From Octopus bimaculoides (lineage: Eukaryota), in the NCBI RefSeq assembly GCF_001194135.2, contig NC_068983.1, positions 40,999,611-41,032,872 of the forward strand: a DNA stretch of 33,262 bases. Direction: 5' to 3'. Below the pieces are notes generated by a model, which saw only the letters and a list, made by a program, of their open reading frames with translations, made no database searches and was not told the DNA's origin. The position numbers and the translations under genes are program-made. This document shows, piece after piece, positions 1 through 11,587 of this stretch. Within the stretch, counting starts at the first letter, position 1, and each line of letters starts with the position of its first letter.

Positions 1-37
<37 letters not shown>

Positions 38-206
38 TGTGTGTGTATCTTTAAAAGAATGATTTTAAGCCAAAGAGAGACAACGCATGCTTGAAATGCT
101 GGAAATAGCAACTTAAAAGGAAGGATACACTGGAATATGTAAGACTGGACATACTGGGCCTGAAAAAATTATGGGATTTTCACTGCTTGGATACTTTTAA
201 ATCAGA

Positions 207-300
207 GGTGTGAGCAGGGCTGCGTGGTAAGAAGCTTGCTTTCCAACCTCTGCGAGGCACCTTGAGCAAGTGTCTACTTCTATAGCCTCGAGCTGCCTAA
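207..300 (+). mobile_element. tRNA-derived SINE family A, degenerate, B-box region deleted
   Basis: GGCTGCGTGGTAAGAAGCTTGCTT...GGCACCTTGAGCAAGTGTCTACTTCTATAGCCTCGAGC aligns with the copies at 12833, 15818, 21688 and 22514 but lacks the GGTTCAGTCCC segment. Confidence 0.8.
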
Positions 301-309
301 AACAAGTGT

Positions 310-545
310 GTTATATTATATACATAAGAATGTTTGGAATCTCTTCCGATCTTTACTGTGCGACTAATAGATTGCATTTGGAGAATCTGTATCAGTTACT
401 TTGGCTCTTTCTCAGTGAAACCGAGTATTTCTAGGTTCTTGTGCAAATTTCTTTCTACATGACCTAATGCACATACGATGATAGGCACAAAAGAGAATTA
501 TAGCGAGGATACTGTTGTAGCGGATTCGCCCAGGCGAGAAGTGGG
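310..545 (-). pseudogene. C-terminal end of the RLE endonuclease of a non-LTR retrotransposon (family 2), distal part
   Basis: Minus strand translates (with frameshifts) as QYPRY-FSFVPIIVCALGHVERNLHKNLEILGFTEKEPK*LIQILQMQSISRTVKI. This matches IFSEKEINQLTHALQIQSISGTIKI of the copy at about 19580. Confidence 0.75.
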
Positions 546-616
546 ATAGTCCACTACTAATAAATAGTGGACTGATGCAGTCAGTGGGTTCGGTTGGCGA
601 AGGTACGCTGTTCGGA

Positions 617-1128
617 CTAGACACGTAGAGACGACGAAATACGTCGTCAGCATGGGACATATCAGTGGCGACGAGGGTTCGGGCAATATCGCCACTGGGA
701 CATATCAGTGGCGACGAGGTTTCGGGCATTATCGCCACTGGGACATATCAGTGGTGATGACGGTTCGGACAATATCGCCACTGGGACATATCAGTGGCGA
801 CGAGAGTTCGGGCAATATCGCCACTGGGATATATCAGTGGCGACGAGAGTTCGGGCAATATCGCCACTAGGACATATCAGTGGCGACGAGGGTTCGGGCA
901 GTATCGCCACTGGGACATATCAGTGGCGACGAGGGTTCGGGCAATATCGCCACTGGGACATGTCAGTGGCGACGAGGGTTCGGGCAATATCGCCACTGGG
1001 ACATGTCANNNNNNNNNNATATCGCCACTGGGACATGTCAGTGGCGACGAGGGTTCGGGCAATATCGCCACTGGGACATGTCAGTGGCGACGAGGGTTCG
1101 GGCAATATCGCCACTGCAACATATCAGA
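617..1128 (-). mobile_element. Candidate non-autonomous Helitron composed of a 43-bp minisatellite
   Basis: Minus strand reads A(1129)|TC... at the array edge. At the other end is a 7-bp hairpin GACGACG-TATTT-CGTCGTC (648-630), then 9 nt, then CTAG (620-617)|T(616). Confidence 0.55.
654..1127. repeat. 43-bp tandem repeat GGGACATATCAGTGGCGACGAGGGTTCGGGCAATATCGCCACT, at least 10 full units, interrupted by a 10-N gap
   Basis: Unit starts at 654, 697, 740, 783, 826, 869, 912, 955 and 998; gap 1009-1018; then 1030, 1073 and a partial unit at 1116. Confidence 0.97.
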
Positions 1129-1660
1129 TACAAAAGCTCATGCTTCTTTGGAATTTTGATTTTACATTCACATCCGCAAGGCAGCTGACCTCTACGACAG
1201 TGCATGGCTTTTGTTCACTGTCCCACGGAACAATACCAGGTATGTTATATCTGCACCGAACTGGTGCTTTTATTGGGGTGTTCCACCGGTATTCCTTGCT
1301 TTTAAAGGTGTGAATACCTGCTGGTTCTGACATGTTTTTGATGGTAGTCCTTCCTGCAGATAGCATTGTAAATAGTCTTTGCAACTATATCATATCACAG
1401 GGACAGGTAGTGTCTCCTTGACATTTTGGGGGAAACTGCTGATGATGATGTGGGTGGCATCTTCCACACTGGCATAGCAGAGCCGACGTTTTTTATCGGA
1501 ACGTGGAAGATTGGTGGCATCTTTATCCTTCTTGTTTGTCAGATATTTAGTACCTACTTCCTGTTCCTGGATAGCGAAGACATATGCTTACAGGTGGAAT
1601 GTAATGTATCTGTCGCATGTTCAGGGAAGGCTACTCTTCCTGTCAATGCTGTTGTTGCAT
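1129..1660 (-). pseudogene. RLE non-LTR retrotransposon (family 2) fragment: CCHC knuckle region and PD..D..K-type endonuclease
   Basis: Minus strand reads DRYITFHL*AYVFAIQEQEVGTKYL, then RLCYASVEDATHIIISS, then YDIVAKTIYNA, then EYRWNTPIKAPVRCRYNIPGIVPWDSEQKPCTVVEVSCLADVNV. Confidence 0.85.
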
Positions 1661-2471
1661 AAATAAGTAAATAGAATTAATTTAAACAGCCGGATACATT
1701 TGTATAATTTTACTTAAATCCTATAAGAGGGTAAGAAGATAGACAAAGTGCACGCTGTTTTCACTTCAGCTTAGAAGCTACNNNNNNNNNNNNNNNNNNN
1801 NNNNNNNNNNNNNNNNNNNNNNNNNNNNNNNNNNNNNNNNNNNNNNNNNNNNNNNNNNNNNNNNNNNNNNNNNNNNNNNNNNNNNNNNNNNNNNNNNNNN
1901 NNNNNNNNNNNNNNNNNNNNNNNNNNNNNNNNNNNNNNNNNNNNNNNNNNNNNNNNNNNNNNNNNNNNNNNNNNNNNNNNNNNNNNNNNNNNNNNNNNNN
2001 NNNNNNNNNNNNNNNNNNNNNNNNNNNNNNNNNNNNNNNNNNNNNNNNNNNNNNNNNNNNNNNNNNNNNNNNNNNNNNNNNNNNNNNNNNNNNNNNNNNN
2101 NNNNNNNNNNNNNNNNNNNNNNNNNNNNNNNNNNNNNNNNNNNNNNNNNNNNNNNNNNNNNNNNNNNNNNNNNNNNNNNNNNNNNNNNNNNNNNNNNNNN
2201 NNNNNNNNNNNNNNNNNNNNNNNNNNNNNNNNNNNNNNNNNNNNNNNNNNNNNNNNNNNNNNNNNNNNNNNNNNNNNNNNNNNNNNNNNNNNNNNNNNNN
2301 NNNNNNNNNNNNNNNNNNNNNNNNNNNNNNNNNNNNNNNNNNNNNNNNNNNNNNNNNNNNNNNNNNNNNNNNNNNNNNNNNNNNNNNNNNNNNNNNNNNN
2401 NNNNNNNNNNNNNNNNNNNNNNNNNNNNNNNNNNNNNNNNNNNNNNNNNNNNNNNNNNNNNNNNNNNNNNN

Positions 2472-2510
<39 letters not shown>

Positions 2511-2863
2511 TGTGTATACGATGGACACTCGAAGACGGCGTATGGGCATTCAGCTTTTGCCGAACGACTTGTACAAATGATTTGCTGAAAGTGATCGAAT
2601 ATATGTGCCGCATATTAGTTCTCTCGCGCCATCAAATCGACGTCGTCTGAACAGGTGCATTGTGTGCCACGCGTCAGGTGTCGAAATGATCACACAGAGA
2701 TGAAGTATTTTGCTCAAAAGCACAACGCACCACTCGGTTTAGGAACTGAAACCACGATCACGCGATCATTACTGCAACACCCTAATAACTATGCCAAGCG
2801 CCCTCATACACACACACACACACAGACACACACACATTCATATAATATGCATACATAGTTATG

Positions 2864-2864
<1 letters not shown>

Positions 2865-2905
<41 letters not shown>

Positions 2906-3000
2906 GGTAGACAGACAGATAGACAGACAGACAGACAGATAGACATACAGACGAACAGACATACAGACAGACATACAGACAGGCAGACAGACAGACAGAC

Positions 3001-3055
<55 letters not shown>

Positions 3056-3082
3056 CAAATAGATAATATACATATATATATG

Positions 3083-3142
<60 letters not shown>

Positions 3143-3143
3143 C
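2865..3143. repeat. Compound (AGAC)n/(AGAT)n microsatellite
   Basis: Direct reading. Confidence 0.97.
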
Positions 3144-3590
3144 AATGTACATACACACATACACACCAACATACATACATACATACATGTCCATATACAC
3201 ACCTACATACATACGTTAATACATACGTATACACAAATGTAAACATAGACTTCAGCATAGCTGAAATAACGACCAACGTTTGTATGTTTGGATAGACAGC
3301 GATATGCAGTGCTCTCCGTTCCCACATACACACACACACACGCCAACCAGCGGATCGCCAAATAACAGACGGTCTCATATCACATCACATACTGTGTTCA
3401 GGTAAATCACTTTACTACGTTTAATCTACTCGGTCGGCTCCGTGATGGCTGTTGGTCAAGTATATTTACGTGTCTTGTTCAGGGTGTAAAAGCATGGCCA
3501 ACCGCAGAGAGGGCTTCAGCTCAAATAGTCGGCCATTTTAGGTATTTTATTTGTTCGTCGCTTACAGCTCTCTCTCTACAAATATAAATA

Positions 3591-3591
<1 letters not shown>

Positions 3592-3652
<61 letters not shown>

Positions 3653-3837
3653 NNNNNNNNNNNNNNNNNNNNNNNNNNNNNNNNNNNNNNNNNNNNNNNN
3701 NNNNNNNNNNNNNNNNNNNNNNNNNNNNNNNNNNNNNNNNNNNNNNNNNNNNNNNNNNNNNNNNNNNNNNNNNNNNNNNNNNNNNNNNNNNNNNNNNNNN
3801 NNNNNNNNNNNNNNNNNNNNNNNNNNNNNNNNNNNNN

Positions 3838-3922
<85 letters not shown>
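3592..3922. repeat. (CT)n microsatellite spanning a gap
   Basis: (CT)n on both sides of the N-run at 3653-3837. Confidence 0.95.
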
Positions 3923-3925
<3 letters not shown>

Positions 3926-4062
3926 TTATCTTTCCTTTTCTCTTCAATACTAACACAACCTCATACCACCACTGACTTCTCCCCTCTTTTCCCCTCTCAC
4001 TTTTTCTTTCTGTTATAAGTAAACAATCATACATTCTCTCTTTCTTTTTCTCTCTCTTTCTA

Positions 4063-4097
<35 letters not shown>

Positions 4098-4856
4098 NNN
4101 NNNNNNNNNNNNNNNNNNNNNNNNNNNNNNNNNNNNNNNNNNNNNNNNNNNNNNNNNNNNNNNNNNNNNNNNNNNNNNNNNNNNNNNNNNNNNNNNNNNN
4201 NNNNNNNNNNNNNNNNNNNNNNNNNNNNNNNNNNNNNNNNNNNNNNNNNNNNNNNNNNNNNNNNNNNNNNNNNNNNNNNNNNNNNNNNNNNNNNNNNNNN
4301 NNNNNNNNNNNNNNNNNNNNNNNNNNNNNNNNNNNNNNNNNNNNNNNNNNNNNNNNNNNNNNNNNNNNNNNNNNNNNNNNNNNNNNNNNNNNNNNNNNNN
4401 NNNNNNNNNNNNNNNNNNNNNNNNNNNNNNNNNNNNNNNNNNNNNNNNNNNNNNNNNNNNNNNNNNNNNNNNNNNNNNNNNNNNNNNNNNNNNNNNNNNN
4501 NNNNNNNNNNNNNNNNNNNNNNNNNNNNNNNNNNNNNNNNNNNNNNNNNNNNNNNNNNNNNNNNNNNNNNNNNNNNNNNNNNNNNNNNNNNNNNNNNNNN
4601 NNNNNNNNNNNNNNNNNNNNNNNNNNNNNNNNNNNNNNNNNNNNNNNNNNNNNNNNNNNNNNNNNNNNNNNNNNTATATATATATATATATATATTGCAC
4701 TCACCACATAAATATATACATATAGACACTCGCACACACAAACACACACACACACAGATACATACATACATAATCACAGACTCGCATTCATTTATATATT
4801 TTCAAAAACATGTAACTATGGTGACGCTTTCCTTTTGTTTATTTTCTTGTGCATAG

Positions 4857-4937
4857 CAACAAGTCACGGCCTCTCATTAGAAAGTCCATCCATCGGTTCA
4901 ATTCCAACACCGGCACCGTGATGTTCATCCATTGCAG
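4857..4937 (+). CDS. Candidate 81-bp internal exon of an unidentified host gene (x-NKSRPLIRKSIHRFNSNTGTVMFIHC-x)
   Basis: Long pyrimidine tract CTTTCCTTTTGTTTATTTTCTTGTGCATAG acceptor (AG 4855-4856) and CAG|GTACGC donor (GT 4938-4939). Length is a multiple of 3 and only one of three frames is open. Confidence 0.4.
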
Positions 4938-5147
4938 GTACGCTTGCTTCAGTTTTCAATGTCCCCAGTTGACTCAGCCGTAAGAAGATACCTTGAGACG
5001 ATACGACCTTCCTCTGCACGCTCTGACATTGTTTAATCTCCAAGATCTAACTAACTGAGTCGATGAAGTACCGAGCTACTCTATATGAGTCGACATTAAC
5101 ATCAATCCTATCACCGACACTGCTTGATCCAAACATCAACCGATTTC

Positions 5148-5354
5148 AGAATAATCATAGTTGTTTTCAATATTTTTGCACAAGGCCAGCAATCTTAGCA
5201 GGAAGTGTGTAAGTCGATTACATTGCCCCCAGTGCTCAACTGGTACTAATTTTATCGTCTCCGAAAGGATAAATGACAAAATCAACGTCAGCGGAATTTG
5301 AACTCGGAATGTAAAGAGTCGGAATAAATGCTGCCAAGCGTTTTGTCTGATGCT
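5148..5354 (-). mobile_element. tRNA-derived SINE family B, head truncated
   Basis: Reverse complement contains CCGAGTTCAAATTCCGCTGACGTTGATTTTGTCATTTATCCTTTCGGAGACGATAAAATTAGTACCAG and the CTGGCCTTGTGCAAAA tail, as in copies at 9181, 28202 and 29232-30288. Confidence 0.85.
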
Positions 5355-8019
5355 CAGAGAATACGCAGATTTGAGAAAAGAATAAAATTCTACAAGCAAA
5401 ATAAGATGTTCAAATCCAATGCCAAATCATTTTACAGGGAAATAGCGAAAGAAAAAATAACCACTGAAAATCCACACCTAATGGAAGAAGTTGAAAACTT
5501 TTGGAAAGGAATCTGGAGTGATGAGAAACCATACAATGAAAATGCCGACTGGATCAAACGCAACCAAGATGCCTACAAAAATCTACAAGAACAGGTATGG
5601 GAAGACATCTCAATCGCCGACCTAAGGAGGGCACTAACGAAGGCTCATAAGTGGAAATTCCCTAGTACTGATAAAGTACCAAATTTCTGGCTCTCATCAC
5701 TCTCGTCTGCACACAAAATGTTAGTAATACTATCTAATAGCATTATGAAAGACCTGGAAAAAAAACCCCCATTGGATGGCAAATGGTATTACTTACTTCC
5801 TCCCCCAAAATAACGAAACCAAAGACCCAAAAACTACCGGCCTATAACATGTTTACTAACATCTATTCTAGTGGAGAAAACATATACGTTTATGGAAGAG
5901 AATAGCCTCTTTCCCACTGAACAGAAAGGATGCAGACGAGTCTCATACGGATGCAAAGATCAGCTCCTAATTAATCGCATCATCCTTGAGAACTGCCATA
6001 ACAAGCGCAGAAATCTCAGCTCTTCATGGATTGATTATAAAAAAGCCTTTGACAACATACCACATTCGTGGATTCTGAAATCGCTGGACATTTTCAAAAT
6101 TCCTCCTGTGATTTCAGATTTTTTAAAGTATATGTCACTATGGAACACTAAGCTCCAATCATATTAGCATAAACTGTGGCATTTTCCAAGGTGACTCACT
6201 TTTACCACTAATTTTCTTCATAGCACTAATACCGCTCTCGAGTGAACTGAATAGAACAGGGTATGGCTACAAAATTGACAACAGGAAAATAAGCCATCTA
6301 TTTTATATGGATGATTGAAAACTATATGGCAAAGATGATGACGAGCTTGAAGGACTACTTCATACTGTGAAAGGCTTCAGTGATGATATCGGGATGGAGT
6401 TTGGCTTTGAAAAGTGTGCCAAAGCCACTTTTAAGAAAGGGAAACTGGTAAAGTCAAGTTCAATACAATTAGATGTCGAAATAATAATAAAGGAACTTGA
6501 GCAGGAACAAACCTATAAATACCTAGGAATAAATGAAGGTTCTGGTATCCAGCATGCAAGCATGAAAGAGAAGGTTAGGAAGGAATGTTATAGAAGAGTT
6601 CGAGCAGTTCTGAAGTCTGAGCTGAATGCATATAATAAGGTGTTAGCCATAAATTCCCAGTTATTCTTTATAGCTTCAATGTGCTTAACTGGAATACCAG
6701 TGAAATAATGAAAATTGATAGAAAAATCCGCAAGCTACTGACTTGTAATAAGATGCACCATCCAAAGGCAGACGTGGATCGTGTTTACCTTCCCAGAGAT
6801 CAGGGAGGTCGAGGCTTGATCCAGTTTGAAATACGCACAAGACCACCACAATCGGACTGTCCAAATACCTTGAAACAACCAACGATTGGATGCTAAAACT
6901 TGTTGAAAAACATGAAAGACCGAAAAAAAACTTCACTCTATTCTGAACGAGAGAAAAAAATTCGCGACTGATCTCTTAGATACCTACCAGATTGATTAGG
7001 TTGAAGGAAATGCGCCAACTGCAGCTGCAAAGAAAAGAAAATTAATTGCAAAGACAAAAGCACATGAAACATTAGCTAACAGATGGCAAGTATGTAGCCC
7101 GTAGCAAACAAGCTGATGTCGACCAGAAACACACACATCAATGGTTACGAAGCTCAAGGCTAAAAGCAGAGAGTGAAGGTTTCATATTAGCTGCTCAAGA
7201 CCAAAGCTTATTAACCCGGAACTACCAAGCCAATGTGATAAAAAATGGAGCTGACTTAAAATGCCGATTCTGTAACGATGAGATTGAAACTATAGACCAC
7301 CTAATCTCAGGGTGTAGAGTCTTAGCACCTGTAGAATATAATACAAGACATGACAGAGTCGGCCAGTATTTACACTGGACAATATGTCGGCATTATAAAA
7401 TCAAAACCGCTGACAAATGGCATAAACACCATCCTGAAGCTGTGACTGAGGGGGAAAATGTGTCGATTTTCTGGGACTTCACCGTACATACTAACAAAAC
7501 TATAAAAGCTAATAAACCGGATATTATTATAAAAGATCAGCCAAAAAACATGTGTTTATTAATTGACATGATTATTCCTAGCGATCACAATATAGCGGCG
7601 AAAGAATTTGACGAGATCACTAAATATAAAGACTTGCTAATAGAAATTGAAAAAATGTGGCATCTCAAGGCGACTACCGTACCAGTGATTGTAGGATCTC
7701 TAGGAATGATAAAAAAAAAGGTATTGAAACCTATTTGAAAATGATACCAGGCTTACCATCCCTACAGGAGGTGCAAAAAATCGTGTTAACTGGAACGACT
7801 CATGTACTGAGAAGAGCATTATCGCTGTGAAAACAAGAACCATTCATGAATTTATTTATCTATTAATTTTTTTTATACATATTTTACCTGTGAATTTGCG
7901 TGTGTAAACTGGAAAAGCATACAATGAGCTTCTCTGTGTACGGGAAACACTCGGCGAGAAATGGAAGAAAATTTGAAGAAAGAAGAAAGAAACAACACAA
8001 TAATAATAATAATAATAAT
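5355..8019 (+). mobile_element. 5'-truncated, frameshifted R4/Dong-like non-LTR retrotransposon (RT, CCHC zinc knuckle, RLE endonuclease, (AAT)7 tail)
   Basis: Motifs KDPKNYRPITC, WIDYKKAFDNIPH, GIFQGDSL, HLFYMDD*KLY (stop 6316-6318), EFGFEKCA, LAAQDQSL, CRFCNDEIETIDHLISGC, RHDRV, NKPDIIIKD, KYKDL and VPVIVGSLG. The terminal stop is at 7828-7830 and (AAT)7 is at 7999-8019. Confidence 0.95.
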
Positions 8020-8020
8020 G

Positions 8021-8275
8021 GATGATAAAGAAAAGGAAAAGATTGAGAAGTACAATCCATTAAAAGATGAGATTGAACGAATGTCGGCAGCGAAGTAAGT
8101 AAGGAATTTCTTGGGGAAATTGGGATTGACATGAGGGTAGAACATTCTCAAAAGACTGTTTTGTTGAAGACATCGAGAATTTTGAGATTGGTACTTGGAT
8201 GGTAAGTATCGTGGAAACGGACCCTCACAGAATTAACTGGAGCAGGTAAAATCGCGAGCTTTGTATTATTATAAA
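8021..8275 (+). pseudogene. Internally deleted 3' end of another RLE LINE
   Basis: DKEKEKIEKYNPLKDEIERM (from 8024), then FLGEIGIDMRVEHSQKTVLLKTSRILRLVLGW* (8107-8205). This is a typical R4-like C-terminus. Confidence 0.75.
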
Positions 8276-8327
8276 TATCATCATCATTATTATTATTCTT
8301 ATTCTCATTCTTATTCTTATTATTGAG

Positions 8328-8896
8328 TGAGAGAGCAGTGCAGACCATCAAAGTGACGCTGGGGTAGAATATACGAAGCCCAGTATACCCATCATGACTA
8401 ACCGTCTGATAAGGATACACCAGGCATATGCATCACAGCCATATGTGCGCGAGATAGTGATCTCATATCAAGATAACCAACGGATGACCTTGCAGGTGGC
8501 GCCCGGCTAGAATTTTTCTTCAGGTCGAGTAGCCCATCCTGCTCAAAAGGTCCCTGAATAAGGATTGTTTAAGGATGATGAACAAAACACCCATGTTTCC
8601 AGAGGTGAATTATTCAAACCCCAAAGAGTTCCTCTCAACACATGGCTATGATGCTATGATGCTCCCGCACTACTTCAGCTCGTGGTCAGAGATGCGCATA
8701 TCGTCAGCCACTAAGAGACATGCTCTACTGGTTAAGTTCAAACAACTGACAAAGTAAATCTGTGATATTGAGCAGAATATTTGCCGCAGCCCATCTTTTA
8801 TACCCAAACAAACAATGTACATGATTACACTTTCAATCGGGATAAGATCAGAAGCCATGAGAGCCACTGCCTGGTACTACATCAGGGCATTTATCC

Positions 8897-8897
<1 letters not shown>
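8328..8897 (-). mobile_element. Non-coding (AAT)n-tailed dispersed repeat, probably a LINE 3' UTR
   Basis: 8328-8525 is near-identical to 10459-10648. Both copies end on the minus strand in GCTCTCTCACTC followed by an AAT-rich tail. Flanked by (ATT)n at 8898-8954. Confidence 0.7.
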
Positions 8898-8954
<57 letters not shown>

Positions 8955-9180
8955 NNNNNNNNNNNNNNNNNNNNNNNNNNNNNNNNNNNNNNNNNNNNNN
9001 NNNNNNNNNNNNNNNNNNNNNNNNNNNNNNNNNNNNNNNNNNNNNNNNNNNNNNNNNNNNNNNNNNNNNNNNNNNNNNNNNNNNNNNNNNNNNNNNNNNN
9101 NNNNNNNNNNNNNNNNNNNNNNNNNNNNNNNNNNNNNNNNNNNNNNNNNNNNNNNNNNNNNNNNNNNNNNNNNNNNNNNN

Positions 9181-9314
9181 GTCAAGGTCGACTTTGCCTT
9201 TCCTCCTATCGGGGTCGATAAAATAAGTACCAGTGGAGCACTGGGATCGATGTAATCGATTTACAACCTCCTCCAAAATTGCTGGCCTTGTACCAAAATT
9301 TGAAATCATTATTA

Positions 9315-9348
<34 letters not shown>
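9181..9348 (+). mobile_element. SINE family B 3' half with (ATT)n tail
   Basis: GGTCGACTTTGCCTTTCCTCCTATCGGGGTCGATAAAATAAGTACCAG...GCTGGCCTTGTACCAAAATTTGAAATC followed by (ATT)n. Confidence 0.9.
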
Positions 9349-9350
<2 letters not shown>

Positions 9351-9638
9351 GTTCTTTGTGATAACGGGTGTACCTCCAAAATCTGTATTACATGGTAAAA
9401 TAGACAACTTAACATCGGAATGCCGTAGAAATCGGAAAGGAAAACATTTAAAACATGAATAAACAAAGATGGCCGCCATGTCGGACAATTCTGACGTGAC
9501 AGGCATTGCAACATTCATGAGATATAAGGAAATATCATGTGATTAGTCTGAAGGAATCGATGATATCTTCAGAGTATTAGAGATGAAGAAGAACTGGCAG
9601 TTAACTAGACGACTGTACTTAAAATGGTTTCTTTCATA

Positions 9639-9670
<32 letters not shown>

Positions 9671-10006
9671 GTTAGCATATCAAAAAAGAAAATGCAAAAA
9701 AAAAACATGAAAAATCATACAAACACAAAATGAATGAGTTATCTTCTTTATCGCAGCAGACATCTTGAATGAAGCGACCTCAAGAAGAAGAATTATGTAA
9801 CATTCAATAACAACTGGTGTGGTTTTGTAAGGAAATATTATAAAGTCATTAGATTACTATCGGCGACTGGGAAAGAGGAGTGGAATGGTAACGGAATCGA
9901 TAAAAGCAGTAAAGAGAATGTTTACTTGCAATGAGCCGAGTAATTTACGGTCTGATTTCAAATCCAGCTTAGGTACATTTTTTTAATTTTCATCCTTCGA
10001 GAGTGA

Positions 10007-10126
10007 AGGCACGTTAGCCAAATGCTTAGGCTGCTACACTCACGATCGTCAGATCGTGGTTTCGATTTCCGGAATGGGCGGCGGTTTTGTTCTTGAGCAA
10101 AACATTTAATTTTACGTGACTCTAGT
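10007..10126 (+). mobile_element. tRNA-derived SINE head (family D)
   Basis: A-box-like TAGCCAAATGCTTAG, B-box-like GGTTTCGATTTCC, then TTCTTGAGCAAAACATTT resembling the family A central segment. Confidence 0.6.
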
Positions 10127-10385
10127 GTTGTTAGGCGGACCGAAATATCAAAGAATTTCCTCAGCGTGTCATAAAAGGCAACAAAACGTGGTTCGGGTAG
10201 GATTTGTAATCCGAGTTCATAAAACCTTCACCAGCAACAACTACCAACTACTCACACAGACACATGGGTTAGAGGGTTGCTACCTGAGTGGTGCAGAGGC
10301 GTCATCCTCCAGAAGTAGAAGGGAGTCATCAGCAAATAATGGACACTGGTACAGCACATGTCCTCGTACTACTTCTACCACCACC

Positions 10386-10416
<31 letters not shown>

Positions 10417-10458
10417 TAACTACTGTTACTGCTCCTACTACTATTTATTATTATTCTT

Positions 10459-10648
10459 GAGTGAGAGAGCAGTACAAGTCATCAAAGCGACGCTTGGGTA
10501 AAATATACGAAGCCCATTATACCCATCATGACTACCCGTCTGATAAGGGTACACCAGGCACATGCATCACAATCATATGTGTGCGACATGGTGATCTCAT
10601 AACAAGATAAACAGCGCATGACCTTGCAGGTGGGGGTCCAACTAGAAT
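10459..10648 (-). mobile_element. Second, shorter copy of the (AAT)n-tailed repeat
   Basis: Aligns with 8328-8525. Confidence 0.8.
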
Positions 10649-10664
10649 TTTCTTGAGTTTACGT

Positions 10665-10980
10665 AAGGATCCTCCAAAACAGCAACCAAAGATGAATATC
10701 CATGCTAAAACATCTATGCTTTGTGTTTGGTGGGATCATAAAGGCATTATTTATTATGAGCTTTTCCCACAAAGCTAGACCATTAATTCTGATGTGCAAT
10801 GTCGTCAGCTGGCTAATTTGAACCCCCCAAAAATTCAAAGAATTGATGCCGGAGATTCCCAACAGGAAAAGGTTAGTGTTCGAACAAGACAATGGCCGAC
10901 CACACATGTTTTTGGCTACCCAAACAAAGTTACATGAACTTGATTTGGATCTCTTATTCCATCCACCATATTGTCTTGAT
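10665..10980 (+). pseudogene. Mariner transposase catalytic-domain fragment
   Basis: KDPPKQQPKMNIHAKTSMLCVWWDHKGIIYYELFPQS*TINSD, then FEQDNGRPH, then LLFHPPYCLD. These match the mariner motifs MLCVWWD/GIIYYE, (H/Q)DNARPH and HPPYSPD. Not shown in the ORF track. Confidence 0.92.
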
Positions 10981-11521
10981 AATAATGGAAATTATTTCAT
11001 TGAATAAAATTTATTGAAAGGTTAGTTATATCCTTTTTTTTTTTTTGCATATTAAANNNNNNNNNNNNNNNNNNNNNNNNNNNNNNNNNNNNNNNNNNNN
11101 NNNNNNNNNNNNNNNNNNNNNNNNNNNNNNNNNNNNNNNNNNNNNNNNNNNNNNNNNNNNNNNNNNNNNNNNNNNNNNNNNNNNNNNNNNNNNNNNNNNN
11201 NNNNNNNNNNNNNNNNNNNNNNNNNNNNNNNNNNNNNNNNNNNNNNNNNNNNNNNNNNNNNNNNNNNNNNNNNNNNNNNNNNNNNGATATTCTTGCAGTG
11301 TATGCAGATAACACGACCCAACTGAGTGAAAAGATCTACTCTTGGTTGTTCAGACATGTACTCTATATAAGAATACAAAAATACTTTCTATAAAATTTCC
11401 GTAGTGCAGATTCCAGGGTAGGTGAATAAATTATAAATGAGTAACAAGGATTACTAGGGCTCCAAGGTTATAGCCGAGGCGGTATATATAGACACACACA
11501 CACACACATATGTGTGCAACA

Positions 11522-11553
11522 CATGTATGTATGTATGTATGTATGTATGTGTG

Positions 11554-11587
<34 letters not shown>

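Noticed and set aside
654-1127. CRISPR-like array of palindromic repeats
   Set aside because: Units are contiguous with no unique spacers, there are no cas genes, and the context is eukaryotic.
652-1313. Repetitive-protein ORFs across the 43-bp array
   Set aside because: The unit length is not a multiple of 3, so the same peptides cycle through all frames; this is an artefact.
2510-2800. CpG-rich unique block as a possible exon
   Set aside because: No credible splice-site pair and no recognisable peptide in any frame.
9466-9477. YY1-like AAGATGGCCGCC site
   Set aside because: A single short motif with no supporting promoter context.
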